A program made the translations under genes and the position numbers. A stretch of 64,000 bases of DNA from Bugula neritina (lineage: Eukaryota > Animalia > Bryozoa): the NCBI GenBank assembly GCA_964035545.1, contig OZ037768.1:19451700-19515699 (forward strand), given 5' to 3'. Of the stretch, positions 1 to 13,388 are shown piece by piece. The notes under the pieces were generated by a model that saw only the letters and a list, made by a program, of their open reading frames with translations, ran no database searches and was not told the origin of the DNA. Within the stretch, counting starts at the first letter, position 1, and each line of letters begins with the position of its first letter.

Positions 1-3000
1 CATTACGCTGCGCTTCCTGCTTACTATAGTCACTCTTACAGAGAATGTCAGCCAAAACACTATTCTGGAGTACTTGATGATACATCACATATTTGAGGCT
101 CTGCTGGCAGTGAGTAAATCTCTTTAGCATAGAATATTCCTTGCCTTGTGTTCTGGTATAGCGATGCATCGTGATCAGTACATTGTCACTAGAACTGTTG
201 CTTGGAGCTAAAGTTCAATTTGAGTTTCTGGTTGAAGTATAATAGCAAGAAATCACGGGACAAGCTCATTTTCAACTTTAGTTTTCTATTTACACAGTTA
301 TTTATCTGTACTCAAAGCCTTCATGTAAACACTAATCCATCTACAAATACACACAAGATGCGAGTGCATTGTGTCTACTGTCTGGTTTAGAAGTTGTTTT
401 CTCCTGTAGATGCTTAGTGATTCCAGTCTGAGGGCTGATCATGGAAACGATACGGTGCTGCTGTTGATGTTACTTGTGCAGTATAGGAAGTACGAGTCTA
501 CCAACCCATATATAGTCAGCTTGTCTATACTAGACAGTGATATAGCTCTCAATGTATGTATTTAAGTACTTTCAGCTTACATTTTACCCTTGTGTATGTT
601 CAAGCATACGTGCAAATAAAGTTTAATTATAGTGGATTTTCAAGCCTTTGTAAATGTTGTTTTACTAAACGAAGCTAGTGTTGATTTTATATAAAAATTG
701 TATTAGTTTAAAACAGATGAAGTGATTTAAAAAATATTTATGAAACCTGAAGACCTGCATTTCTTGCATCATTGTACCACTATTATTTACTTACACAACT
801 GCCTGCTTATATTACAGGTTGTGTTGTTTGTAGAAGTTTTAACACTTCCAATAGTCAACTTTATAACTTCAATAAAGTGCAAAATGCCGTTTTTAATATT
901 TTTTTGAACAAATAATTTTATAATCATGTCACTTATGGTTTTATGTTGCATGTTTTCTTTTAAAATTTTTGGTGATTGCCTTTCTTTTGCAGGGCTTATC
1001 ACAAATAATAGCACTTTCCCTTATTGGATATAACAGGTAAATAGAATATCGCTAAAGTATATTTTAAGGTTTTTGCTATGCTCACTTTACAATAGTACAA
1101 AGCTTCCATCTTCTGACTGTAATCAATTTTACAGCTAAGTAGTTTTTGTAGAGGCTAATTTAGCTGTAGCTGGTGTTGTGAGTTTTGTCATTGAATGTTT
1201 TATAAATGGCATTTGTTTTGCAATTGTTGACATGGCAGTTATTTGTATTGCAGACATTACAAGGACAAGATTAGCCAGCATAAGCCTTCTGGTCTAATGT
1301 CAACATTCACTAGCATGGTCAGTGTTCATATGTATGCTTATTTAGTCAAATATCATTTCCATTAAACCAACTTATACAGCATGTTTATGTTTTTTATTGT
1401 AACCGTTGATACATTGGGTTTTATATCTTTCAGGTTGGTAGTATGTTTAGCAGTGATGAAACAGTTAAAGTCAAATTTAAGTAAGTCACAACACTCATAC
1501 TTATCTTGAACTGCTAAAAGTCCTTTGAAATATTTGCAAAACATGTTCTGTTGTGGCTTTATATTGTTTTCTATTAGTGAGAGTTGTCTATACGCTTCTT
1601 TCACTACACCTGGATACAGAACACTTGAAACCTCCTCTCCAATAGCTTCTAAGCTTCTCCCCCCCCCCCCCCCCCTGCCTTTAGACTCCGCCCTAACTGC
1701 CTCTAGACTCTGCCTAAATAGTCTTTAAACTCCATCCTAACAGCTTTTAGATTTCTTCATAGCAATTTCTAGAGTCCTCCCCCAACAACTTTTAAACTCC
1801 ACCCTAACAATATTTAGACTCCGCTCTAACAGTTTATTGATGTTTCTGTAGAGTTGCTAGTACTGCATAGAGATTACAAGCAGCCTGTGCCAACCTTATG
1901 CTTATAAACTCGTAAAACTTATCTTATAGTCTGTATAATATTTTGACTCATTTTTATTTGCCCTCCTTAATGTTTTAGGCCTGATACCCCTTTACTGCTA
2001 GCTCTGTACGAATCAGTTCATCTCAACAGAAACTTTGTGTTGGCACTGACTACGAGTCATGCTGCCCCTAACCTGGGTTCTAGTCATAGTCTTGCTGATG
2101 ATACGGAGGAGCCTGTCACACCTGCCGTACCACGAGCTAGTGAAGGTAATCCATGTTATTTTACACAATGCACATGTTTATATATTTATTATACATCTCA
2201 GTTAATATGGCTTACTGCAGTATAACACAAGTGTGACTGTATACAGTGGTATTTTTACATTACTGCTATACGTTGTTATCCCAGTTCTGTTTATATGTCC
2301 GTATTACAAATTTACTATTTTATGACACGCAGGTTCATGTGATCATATTATATACTCTGTATGCACTGTGACATGTGTACGCAGGTGCTTGTAAACTCTC
2401 TCTTATATATGTAGTACCTGTAAGCAAGACAGAGCTGTTGGACCAGCCAACCAATCTCCTCGCCACATTCCTGGAGTACACGTCTATTATAGCTCATGAT
2501 GTCAGAGGTGAGCCGTTCTCTGCTCTCTCAGCTTAAGTACCTGATTGGTGTCGTAATATTTAATGTATGTGTGAAAACATGCTATGTTGTATTGATAGTG
2601 GAGTAACCATCATCTGTTTGCTTGTGACCCTTTTAAGGGCAGTTCGAGTTGTAAGGAATTATTTTAAGTAGAATAATTCTTCAAAAATTCACATTTACGC
2701 ACATACATATAACACACATACACACACTCACACACAACACACATACACACACTCACACACACCCGCCTGAGCACACGCACACCATAGCACTGCGCTGTGT
2801 TATATGGCTGTATTGTAGCATGTCATTGCATTGTTCTATATCCTCGCATTGTATTGTAGATGAAGTGAACTTCAATGTCTGCCGTTTGTGTTTCATTATT
2901 CTCACTTGTGTGTCGGAGGATCAGTACGCCAACTCTCTCATGCATGACTCTAATATCAACTTTCGAGTTCCCATTCATAAACTCGTAAGTGTTGAACTCA

Positions 3001-6000
3001 GTGCTGTATATGCAACGCATTAAACAAGTCAAACTGTTGAAGCTTCTGTTAGGATAGCATGCTTGTAGTTATTGTGGTACTCATATAGTGAATGTTATAT
3101 CATATCAACTTATTTTCCATTAACTTCAACTGTTCAATAATGATGCTGAGTAAATTCTGACTATTTTTATTCAGTACCCATAATAACTAACACTTTTAAA
3201 AACCTTGTCTATGTAAATGTTACATAATGAACAAATGAAGTTTAGAGTATTGACTTTAAACATTGTGATGTTAACACAGCAGTAACTATCTTGTAGCCAA
3301 TGCGACACAGGAAGTTACCAGTAGAGACAACTCCCCCTTCTACTCCTCTGGCCTACTCCGCGTTAGGTAGGTAGTATTGCGTGTCTACTTCTTGCTGATG
3401 ATAGTGGCTGCCTCAATATACACCTGAACCAAAACAGAAGTCTGTTGGTTATTCCTTAATGTAATATTCTAGAACTGAAAGTAGAGCTCATTGTGAGTCA
3501 CATGACATAATATTGTAGAACTGAAAGTAGAGCTCATTGTGAGTCACATGACATAATATTGTAGAACTGAAAGTAGAGCTCATTGTGAGTCACATGATGT
3601 AATATTGTAGAACTACAAGTAGAGCTCATTGTGAGTCACATGACGTAATATTGTAGAACTACAAGTAGAGCTCATTGTGAGTCACATGACATAATATTGT
3701 AGAACTGCAAGTAGAGCTCATTGTGAGTCACATGATGTAATATTGTAGAACTACAAGTAGAGCTCATTGTGAGTCACATGACGTAATATTGTAGAACTGC
3801 AAGTAGAGCTCATTGTGAGTCACATGACATAATATTGTAGAACTGCAAGTAGAGTTCATTGTGAGTCACATGATGAAGCAGATGCCGGCTGACCTGTACA
3901 TCCTGTCTCTTGGAATTATTCACCGTCTGCTTGTATATCAGAAGAAATCTCGAGTGAGACTCGTCTACCCCTGGAAGTCCCTCTGGTCCGGTGAGCAGCT
4001 TATATTTCCCTCTTTCTTGCCGCCGTAGTTGGAGTTGTTCCCTCGTCTCAGTAGTCAATTTTCCTCAACTGGTTCATGTTTCCACAAATATTAAAAGTTG
4101 AATATGTATATAATTTTATGCATATAATATAGCCCACGGTATTGAATACACATATAAATGCCTATAGTTTAGCAAATACAGCTAATATATAGACTGCCTA
4201 CATCATAATTGGTAGCTATAGAGCTTAGAGATCATATATGGTAATGCATAGCACTCCATACTCTGCCAGACTCATAAAGTATTGGTAACCATCTTGTACG
4301 CTGTTTCAGCTCTCACCAGTCTGGTCAAGTATATGTTATCCAATGAAACGGCTCTGCTGAAGATGTGTAACATATTCGTCATTGCACAGAAGGTATCGGG
4401 ATTTGTTACACTCATGTTTCACTAATTATAGAACGGTTTTTTAATTGAATACGGAGGCTGTGTGTTTAGGTAATCACATTGAAACCTTTATGCATCAATA
4501 GATCATGTATTATTATATAACTTGTAGCATATAGCAGTGAACCTTGGCATGTGCATAAACCTAATTTTTTAATTATTTAAATGTAATTCACTAGTTACAG
4601 CTTGAGTTGTAATGACCTTGTATGTATGTGTTGAACCGTGATCTAGCGTTAATGGCATGGATCCAGCAGGTCCATTTCTAGCATTGTTTCTCAACTTTGT
4701 AAACTTGCAGTAAAGTTGATGTTGCTATATGCAATGTTACATAATACTTCTCTATCTGATTAGTGGTGGGTGTTGAATTGAAGTTTTTTCAACTAGTGCA
4801 GCTTCTAGCATAACTTTGTAGCACAAGGAGTTGTCTGACTATCAAATGAAGCAATAGTATTCCAACCCAAACCAAAAGTTTTATAACTGCAGCTGAGCTA
4901 ATATTTACATCTCTGCAGTTAAAAAGTTGCTAGAAGCAGCACCGAGTTTGTGATCACTGAGTGCAGTATTTTGTGAGTCTTGAGTTAGGGTTCGTACTTT
5001 GAACCCTCAACTCCAACGTTGATACCCTAAAATGCTGTACTTGAATGCCACCAACTCAGTGCTGCTCCCAGCAACTTCTCTGCAGTTCGCCTGTTCATAG
5101 GTTGTATGTACTTAAACATATATGATTCTACATTCTATAGGTTGTCAACATATTCAATATGTTTATAACATACGGTGACACTTTTCTGGCTACGCCTAAT
5201 AGTTACGATGAGCTGTATTATGAACTGATACGAACTCATGCAGTTTATGACAATCTGTACACATTCGGTAAGTCTGCATTCTGCCATGCCATTCTATGGT
5301 GAGTAGTGCTCAGCTAATGTATTCTAATTTATTTATTTTATACTCTATTCTATTTTTATATTTATTCTATTAAATTGATTTTCAAATGATCTCAAAATCA
5401 CAATATTTAAAACTAGTTTTTTGATGTCCTATTTGTATTTTCCTTTTTTCTAAAAAGTTATTTTAACATTTTGTGGCGTTTCATATTCCAGTGTTTAAAA
5501 GATGTGTAGACATAATAACACACTTGGTGTAATGAAATCATAGTCAACTAAGCTATCCCGGTTGTTGTAATTCTGACAATTGTAACAAAAACTTTTTGAG
5601 AAGAAAGCCATGTTGGACACCATGTGCAGTGAATACTCCAGAGGTGTCAGTACTATTTTAGTTACTTACACGGGTTGGTAATTCTTAGAAAGTTTCGTTG
5701 TAGTCACTATTCTAACAAATCTTCAAAATGCAATATTGATTGGTTTGCTAGTAGTTGTATAGTTGCGGTAGTGTGCTATGCATCTAAAATATCTGCTTAT
5801 TTTCCCATAAAATATTGGTTTGTAAAGTGGTTTCCGTTCATGAATACTTTAAAGAAGTTGTTTATACCTTAAATATATGTAAATTAGTGTTTCGTGTTGT
5901 TTCTAGCTCTGCGCTACTCTACCAGTAGTGAGTGGAAGGATGATAGTGCACGACTTATACACAGTCTTGGAAACATCAGGTATTTGACATCCCTTCTTTT

Positions 6001-7168
6001 ATATAATGATATAAGAAGTTACACTGCAGTCTCTGCTCAATACTATATACTATATATATACTATACTATATATACTATATATCAAACAAAATGCATAAAT
6101 GAAAACTTAAAAGCAATAAAGCCCTACACTGTTATATTTGTGTATCTTTTTTATTTGTAACATCTCAAAGCAATTTTAAAGACCTGTTAATTAGGGTCAG
6201 TTTAAGATTTCTTGCAAACGAAGGTAAAAACTTGATGATTTTTCTTTTATGCAATTTTTCTTACATTTTATTATTGTAATTCCTTTGATGTATTTACCAA
6301 AAGTCTATTACAGAATATATTTTACAGGGCGGTGGTGAATCACTTTCGACCAAAGGTAGATTCTTGGGCTAAAGTAAACCATTTATCTTCACTGACTGAA
6401 GAGCAAGTTCTTGAAGTGGTTCGGTCTAACTACGACTCTTTAACGCTAAAACTGCACGACACTCTTGACCATTATGAAAGATACAGTGAAAAACCAAAGG
6501 AAGCCAACTTTTTTATACAAATGGTAAAATATACAACTGTTACATCATTAATAAAGGAAATGTATAGCTTGGTGAAGTTGTTGTATTTTATATTTATAAT
6601 TACCAGTCGTCAACAATTTTACAAAGATTGATTAAAAGAAACATGTTTACTATTTAATCTAAAATCTGCATAAAATGCTTTAAGAAAATTATTGCATATT
6701 ATTGTCTTAAATTAATTTGAAAGGTCTTATGCCATTAAATACTTTTTATTAGCAAGTTTAGGATTTACTGAGATTACTTAGTGTGAAGAAATATGCATCA
6801 GAAAACTAAGTTTGGGGTCATTGTTCACTCTTTTGAGAATTTTTTCTTTTATGTCAAATAATATAATATCACATAATACAAAATATCTTGTTGGCTGGAA
6901 TGAGGTGTGCAGCTTTTAGTGGTACAAAAAAGGGGGCAGAACATCTCATTATACTAAACTCATTTATTTTAGATAGTGATTATAATATAAAACACCAAAA
7001 GGCAAAAAACTGGCAATTTATAAATTCTGTGTTCTGTAATAATTTAGAAATGTTTTATCACTTTTTTATTTACAGGTGAGATCTTTGGTTAAGGATGTGA
7101 GAGAGAAAGTGGTGCTGAGTAAATTGGAGCAAGCAAGTCTGTTGAAAGAATTCAGTACAATATCTTGA
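1..7168 (+). CDS. ARMH3: Armadillo-like helical domain-containing protein 3 (C10orf76/UPF0668), 5'-partial, multi-exon
   Basis: GT-AG exons at approx 1-109, 410-553, 993-1036, 1254-1317, 1434-1480, 1979-2145, 2416-2507, 2860-2985, 3297-3366, 3841-3990, 4310-4392, 5141-5267, 5908-5979, 6328-6523, 7076-7168 translate to [105 protein letters not shown] and C-terminal LLKEFSTIS*, closely matching the human ARMH3 sequence as I recall it. Confidence 0.93.
3463..3876 (+). repeat. 46-bp minisatellite (9 units) containing an ARMH3 3' splice site plus exon start
   Basis: Unit AATATTGTAG|AACT(G/A)(A/C)AAGTAGAGCTCATTGTGAGTCACATGA(C/T)(A/G)T starting at 3463, 3509, 3555, 3601, 3647, 3693, 3739, 3785, 3831; the last unit runs into the coding exon. 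Confidence 0.95.
4911..5085. mobile_element. Palindromic foldback/MITE-like element (family B); related copies ~34155-34282 and ~40745-40900
   Basis: Long imperfect inverted arms (AAGTTGCTAGAAGCAGCACCGAGTT ... AACTCAGTGCTGCTCCCAGCAACTT) with shared core GGTT(C/G)GNACTTTGAACCC..AACTCCAA in all three copies. Confidence 0.6.
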
Positions 7169-7409
7169 GCACTCTGTGACATCATTCTATCATTTCTCTT
7201 TCACTACTTCCATGCTCAATAATTTATTGTATATTTTATAGCCTATTTAATGAAATTAAAATTATTCATACAAATATAAATTCCTTATATAAAATTATTA
7301 CTTAAAACAAACTATAACCACCCTTTGACCAGAAATAAGACTTGCTCAAGCGCCGATAATGAGCAGTGTGAGTAAAAATCCTTGCTACTACATTTTAATA
7401 CATGTCCTT

Positions 7410-8336
7410 TCACTTGAACAGCTTTAGCTTTTTAAAATAAATGTGTACATCTTCCTTTTTGTATGGTTTAGTAGCTAAACAGGTTGGGTAGTTTTCAGGC
7501 TGTTCAACCCACACCTTGTGCATTATGTTGTTTTGCTCCAACTTGACAGCAAGGTTCTTCAGCTTTTCCTCACTCTCTATCTGTTAAAAGCAATACAGCA
7601 ATTATAGCCAATAGTTCATTGCATGTTGATGAGTAGGTAGGGTTTATAAAGTGAGAAAAACTACTGAATCACTTGCTTACATATCACATAATTAGCAGCA
7701 TGTTGCAACATTGTAAATTAATGTATTTATGGGGGTAAGGATCAATTTATGTTGCTCAATTTCAATCAGTAATTAATCAACTTAATAAATATCTAGAAAG
7801 TAATAACAGTTGATACCTGAAAAGTTCTAAATCTTAAAGAACAGAGTTTAATTTTTAGACTATATCATGTAGTCACAACCTCTTTCCCCTATTACACATC
7901 TCCTATGCATATCTTAAACACAACAGGACACTGCCTGTTTCAAAAGCAGTGTATTCCTAATTTACCACAATACTTAGAGGAAATAAAATGAAAATTCACC
8001 AATATTAGAAATGAATATTAGCTTAATGATAATCACAACAGTAATCACACAAGTATATTAATATTCCTATGCTCCAAATAATGGTCCTTTTAACCAAAAA
8101 TCTAGAAATTACCTATAATAAAATGTTCAACTGATACGTACTTCTAATATGCATTTGTGCATATTGTCCAAATCACTCGTGTACTCCTGAGTGGCTAAAT
8201 CATCTGAATGAATATGCATGACTGCGGAGCAAGCATGGCAAGCTTGAGCTATAACAGCTCCAATAGGCCATTGTAGTTTTTGTATGAGATCTTTCCGCAC
8301 TACTATATATTGAATTAAACCATTGCCTGATGACAT
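7410..8336 (-). CDS. PTRHD1: Putative peptidyl-tRNA hydrolase PTRHD1 (PTH2-like family), 2 coding exons 8336-8142 and 7580-7410, 121 aa
   Basis: QYIVVRKDL...[13 protein letters not shown]...[10 protein letters not shown]|[54 protein letters not shown]; canonical phase-0 GT-AG intron. Confidence 0.92.
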
Positions 8337-11300
8337 TGGTATTCAGTGGATGTAAAGGGACTAAACTTCTGGCAGTTGAATTTTTCGGGCTTGGCACATT
8401 CACTCTAAAAGTAAGAAAATTGTTTCAGGAATTTTTTTAAATTAATTTAAATATTTTAAAAGACCAATGTCAAACAAGTTTTTACCGTCATTGAATTAGG
8501 TTAATAAATTAATTAAAATAACTTCAAGTCCATACTGGAACAAAATATGAAAATAACCAGAGCTACAACAAAAGAGACAATCAACTTAAGGGTTAGTATT
8601 AATAATAAAACAGTACAGAATTATGATACAGCAGCCTATATAACTGCGACACTGGAATTATTAATAAAATGTGAATTAAAATTTAATGATCACAGTATAA
8701 ATACATATTACATTGAGTAACCTAAAATTACGAATAAAAATATAATGAATTATCATAACTAGATCAATAATTATAGCGAATACAATATCAACTAGCGCTA
8801 CCACTTCTATTAGCTCTAGGAATATATCTACTAAAATTTTCACTAAATTACATAATTATCCATAGAACATTATGATCACTAAATAGATGATTGGTAGACC
8901 AGAGTCAGAATTGGGTCCAATTATGTCGACTGCATGGGCACCAGCATACTCGAAGGACTCGAAATTCATCGACTTCAAGTGAACTTGCCCAAATCTATGA
9001 CTTGCTCCATTAGCTGACTTGATTAGAAAATATTGATGGACTTGTTCCAAGTTCAAAATTTGAGGAAGTAAACAACAGCAAATGTTTTGCTTTTAATTTT
9101 TACAAAAAAATTGAGTTGAATTTGTGAGATCAAACAATACTGCTTTAATAATTTTTTTATAAAAACAAATTATATTCAAGTTATTCGAGCAACTCTGATT
9201 TAAATGCTATTAGGAAAATTAACATTCAACCACTATACAGCAATCATCTTAAACATTATAAGTGTTAATTGAATATATGTATACATAATAATTGTAAAAA
9301 AATAGACTTGAGGTCCATTTTTACGCTTTGATGTTTTCAAGAAAAATAGAATGGTGAAAGACACATTAATATGGTGCCTTTTTCATAAACATTTTCCTGT
9401 TGGAGTGAAAAATGTGTAAAAAAGAGAAACAGCAAATATCGGTTCACCACTCCTTCCTACAAGTTACTTCCTACAAGTCTAGGGAAAATGTGATTTATAC
9501 ATACTTACATTTCTCCTAAACAGTTTAGTCAATCAAAGTACACCAATTTGGAAAATTGTCTATTCAAATTTCGCTGAACACACATATGACAGTGATAGAT
9601 TAGCACCATACTCATAGTGAAAGTCATAGTGATAGTGCTAGTTTTCTAATTTACAAATCTATGCTATGCTTAATTTGTATTAAAAATAACTAAATGTAAT
9701 ACTAATAACTTATGCTTGAGTTCATTACTTATAGAATTAAATAATTCCTATCACTATGTTAGAATGATAGCAAACATAAACTGAATTATTTATAATCACC
9801 ATGCATTGTGATTGTGCAAAGTAGTCGATAACACTAACTTTGAGACTTCCAAGAGACTCAAAATGGCTATGATTACAATAACATTAACACTAGCTCTAAG
9901 TCTAACAGTAAAACTAAGCAGTAACTAACTAACTCAAACTGTAAGTGCAACTGTTAGTCACTTTGACCTACTCTTACTAATTTAGTAACACTAACTGTAA
10001 GTGAGTGTATGTGTACCATGCTAACAGTAACTCTTACAGCCAGAATCAGATTGATCATCACTATGTTCTATGATGAAGACTGATGATCCTTACCATGATA
10101 CTGATAGTCACTCATGCCGTGGTGATACTCATACTCGTACTGTGATAGTAATCATAGTATAACTATAAGTATACGTATAACTATAAGTATAAGTAATAGT
10201 AATACTAATACTATTACTAATACTATTACTATTACAGTATTAGTAATAGTATTAGTAATACTAATAGTTACTGTTAGATAAGATAATCATAAACTCAAGC
10301 CGTGATAGTAATACACTTACAGTTACACCTAAATTTACGTCCTACACTTAGACTTAGAGTTAGTCTTATAGTTTGGTACTGCTAGTGTTACGCCTACGAT
10401 CAATGCCATGCTAAAAGTAAAAGTAAATCTAATGATACCAACTCCAAGTGAAGGGCCAGGGGCGAGGGACAGCGTTATTGTACTTGTGTATGAACTGAAA
10501 AGACTAATACTGCCACAGTACAGGTACTGTGAAAACATCTAAATCAACAAAGTAAGACAACCTAAACCTTATATACAGACTAAGGGCTTATAAATTTCAA
10601 AGAATATATAATAAAATTACCAAAGATTAAGAACGTTGATGCATGAGCCCTTTGAGAGCTGTATCTCGTTGACCTTGAATCTGTGACCTTAGTAAGTAAC
10701 TTTCATTCAGCGGGATCATCATCCCCCACGCCACTTTGTCTCTGCTTAATATTATGGGACTTTGTTGAGCAACAACATACCGTAGGGGACAACTCTTCAG
10801 TTTTTACACGCGTCAATTATCAATAATGAGAGTATAACTCCAAAAAGAAACTGTCACGTCACCTAATGCTTCTTACTGCAATGAAACAATATACATGTAT
10901 GTAATTATTAAGTTGTACATTAAACTGTTTATGCCAATATTTTCAGCAATACCAAAAAAACACATTTTTTCTTTAAATTTTATCTCTAAAAAAGTAACAT
11001 CCATATATTTCAGAAATGAAAAAGATGAACTTTAGACCAGAAAAATCAATGGTGGAGCTTTTTAAAGTTATTTGAGTAAATGTTGCATGTAAGACAAGTG
11101 TTGAAAAACATATATAAATCTTTAAAACTGTATAAATTAAAGTTATGTAAATTATACAATCAGACATCACAGCAAAAAAATTAAGATAAAGTTTGCCAAT
11201 CATTTCAGGTAGGTCCCAGATATTGAATACACGAGGTTATATATACAGCTGCAAGAGTCTGTATATTGAATTACTACTTTTCAATTATTTTGAGTAGAGT

Positions 11301-13305
11301 TTAAATTTTTATCAAACATAGTTACACAAACTTTTTGTTGTTACTATTAATAATTATGTTGAGGTGTAACTTGCACATTACTTATTTTTATAGGCAAAGT
11401 GTTGAAAAAGTGTGGTTACAGAATAAAATTTTAGTAGGCTAAATTTTTTTATTTTCTTATTGAATTTTAGTTTATAGTACAAGTCAAAATTAGAGAAAGA
11501 AATAGTTTTGCTGTTCTCTTCTTATTAAAAAGATTTTTTTTAAATTTCTCCATTACTGTACCAAACTCTTCAGCTATGCTATGACAGTATCACAAAAAGT
11601 TGTCTTCTCCTTTGAGTTGCTAAGTCCGGATAGATGTTGTTAAATTGAGATACATATGTGTCCAGTGTCCGCAATTCATATATAAGAGTATGGTTTACTA
11701 TAAAAACACTCTGTACCCAACGTTGTTACTTGCAAAGGGAAAAAACTTGCGAAGTTCTGCTGAAGCTAACCTGAACGACATTAAGCTAATGGGATATTCA
11801 CTTTCCGAGCAGCCATAACGTATAATATTTATACTTTTCTCACCTATCTCCGCTTTGCCTTGTTTGGGTTTAATAAATTTTATCCAAGCTGTAATATATT
11901 AAATTAGATAATGTAATACAGCTTATTCCATATGCTATGACTAATTCTAAGTGTTATGACTTTATATAGACTTCACTCATTGCAAGCATTGATCGACATT
12001 TGTTATCACCAAAAGTAAACCATATGTCATGTTATTTTATTCAATTATTCAAGGTTTGTCCCTTTTCTTAGCATACAAGTTTTTATATCAGCATGCAAGT
12101 GGAAATTACCTTAACCCAGTTGACAAGTCATATGATTATATTTTTTACCAAGTGACAATCTCTCATTGCGCTTTTCATACATAATTTATTACCATTTCTT
12201 TTATAAAACTTCCAACTCTTGGGAAAACTTATCGATTCATGAAAGATATAAAACGATAAACAAAATTGCTGGGTGATGCTCGCCTTGTTTGGAAATAACT
12301 TTCTAAAACATATACTTCAACACAGGCTAAACACTGAAAGGAAGTTGTTTGTATTTTGTTGGACTAGAGTTGTAGATATGGTTGAAAACCTCATTTTATT
12401 TTCATATTTTGTAGAGGTTATAAGTAAGAAATGAGTAATCTTGTCTTCTAGATTAGAAGTACAGCAAAAGAAGTTATGTTCTAGCCAGACTTTCAACTCA
12501 CTCCTCAAACCAAAATTTATTAAAACGTTGAAGAACTCAGACTATTAAAATTTCTCAACTACTGCACCTAAACGGTTCTGTAGGCAGAAAGTAGCAGCTA
12601 GTAACTAACAACAGGGACATTCATCACAAGTGTTATCTAATTATTGTCACCTGTTATCCAAATTTAAGTACAGTCATTGTGAAAGCAGTTGCTATTGAAT
12701 TATACGTAACTGCATGTAATCTGGACAACATTTGTGAATAATTTAGTATTTGCTAACACTCATACATTGTTAGAGTTTATTACATGCTTCAAGCATTGTC
12801 ATTATGAACACTGAGTTCAACTTGTGTGACTTCCTAAATGTCTCACTGACTGCATACTTGCAGTTTCCTAGACAGTCTCAATTCTTATACCCCACCCTCC
12901 TTATCCCTCCCAGACTACGTCTAGACTCAGACACATTGTGCTACACAGAGCTGCATGAGACTGCATCAGGATACTGCAGCTTATACTATTGTAATAGCAA
13001 TTAGAAACAAATTAGATTGGCTTTAGATTGAACATTTATTAAAATTATCCATAGATCAACAGCAAATGCATTAATGGTTTAATCATTTCTCTTAGCATTC
13101 TATTTATTAAATTTTAATGTCAAAGTTATGTCCATTAAAATACATCGGTATATCAGCTCCATTAATCTTGTACAGCCATAATATTATACATTCATAAGTA
13201 GCAGACTGCACACAACAAAGCAGTCTGGAATTCTATCTACCCCATCGATCAGACTCCAGAAGGATGTTCTAGCGAAGCGATATTGCTGACTGCAGAGCAT
13301 ATTGC

Positions 13306-13388
13306 ATCACTTCTCCAGCCTTGGTAACCTAGCTTTATGAAGATAGAGGCATACTCATACAGCTAGATAACCAAAGATAGTTTGTGAC
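13306..13388 (-). ncRNA. mir-9: microRNA miR-9 (miR-9-5p / miR-79-type 3p) precursor hairpin
   Basis: Minus strand 13377-13355 reads TCTTTGGTTATCTAGCTGTATGA (canonical miR-9-5p); after a ~14-nt loop, 13338-13318 reads ATAAAGCTAGGTTACCAAGGC (miR-9-3p/miR-79 type); arms pair and a lower stem (TCAC...GTGA) extends it. Confidence 0.96.

Noticed and set aside
3463-3876. CRISPR-like appearance of regular repeats
   Set aside because: No unique spacers, no cas genes, eukaryotic intron context; units are head-to-tail duplicates.
11836-11870. Short match to the reverse complement of 51990-52027
   Set aside because: Likely a fragment of a dispersed repeat; too short to classify.
12669-12692. TCATTGTGAAAGC resembles the 3' part of bantam miRNA
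   Set aside because: Seed (GAGATCA) absent and no pre-miRNA-length hairpin.
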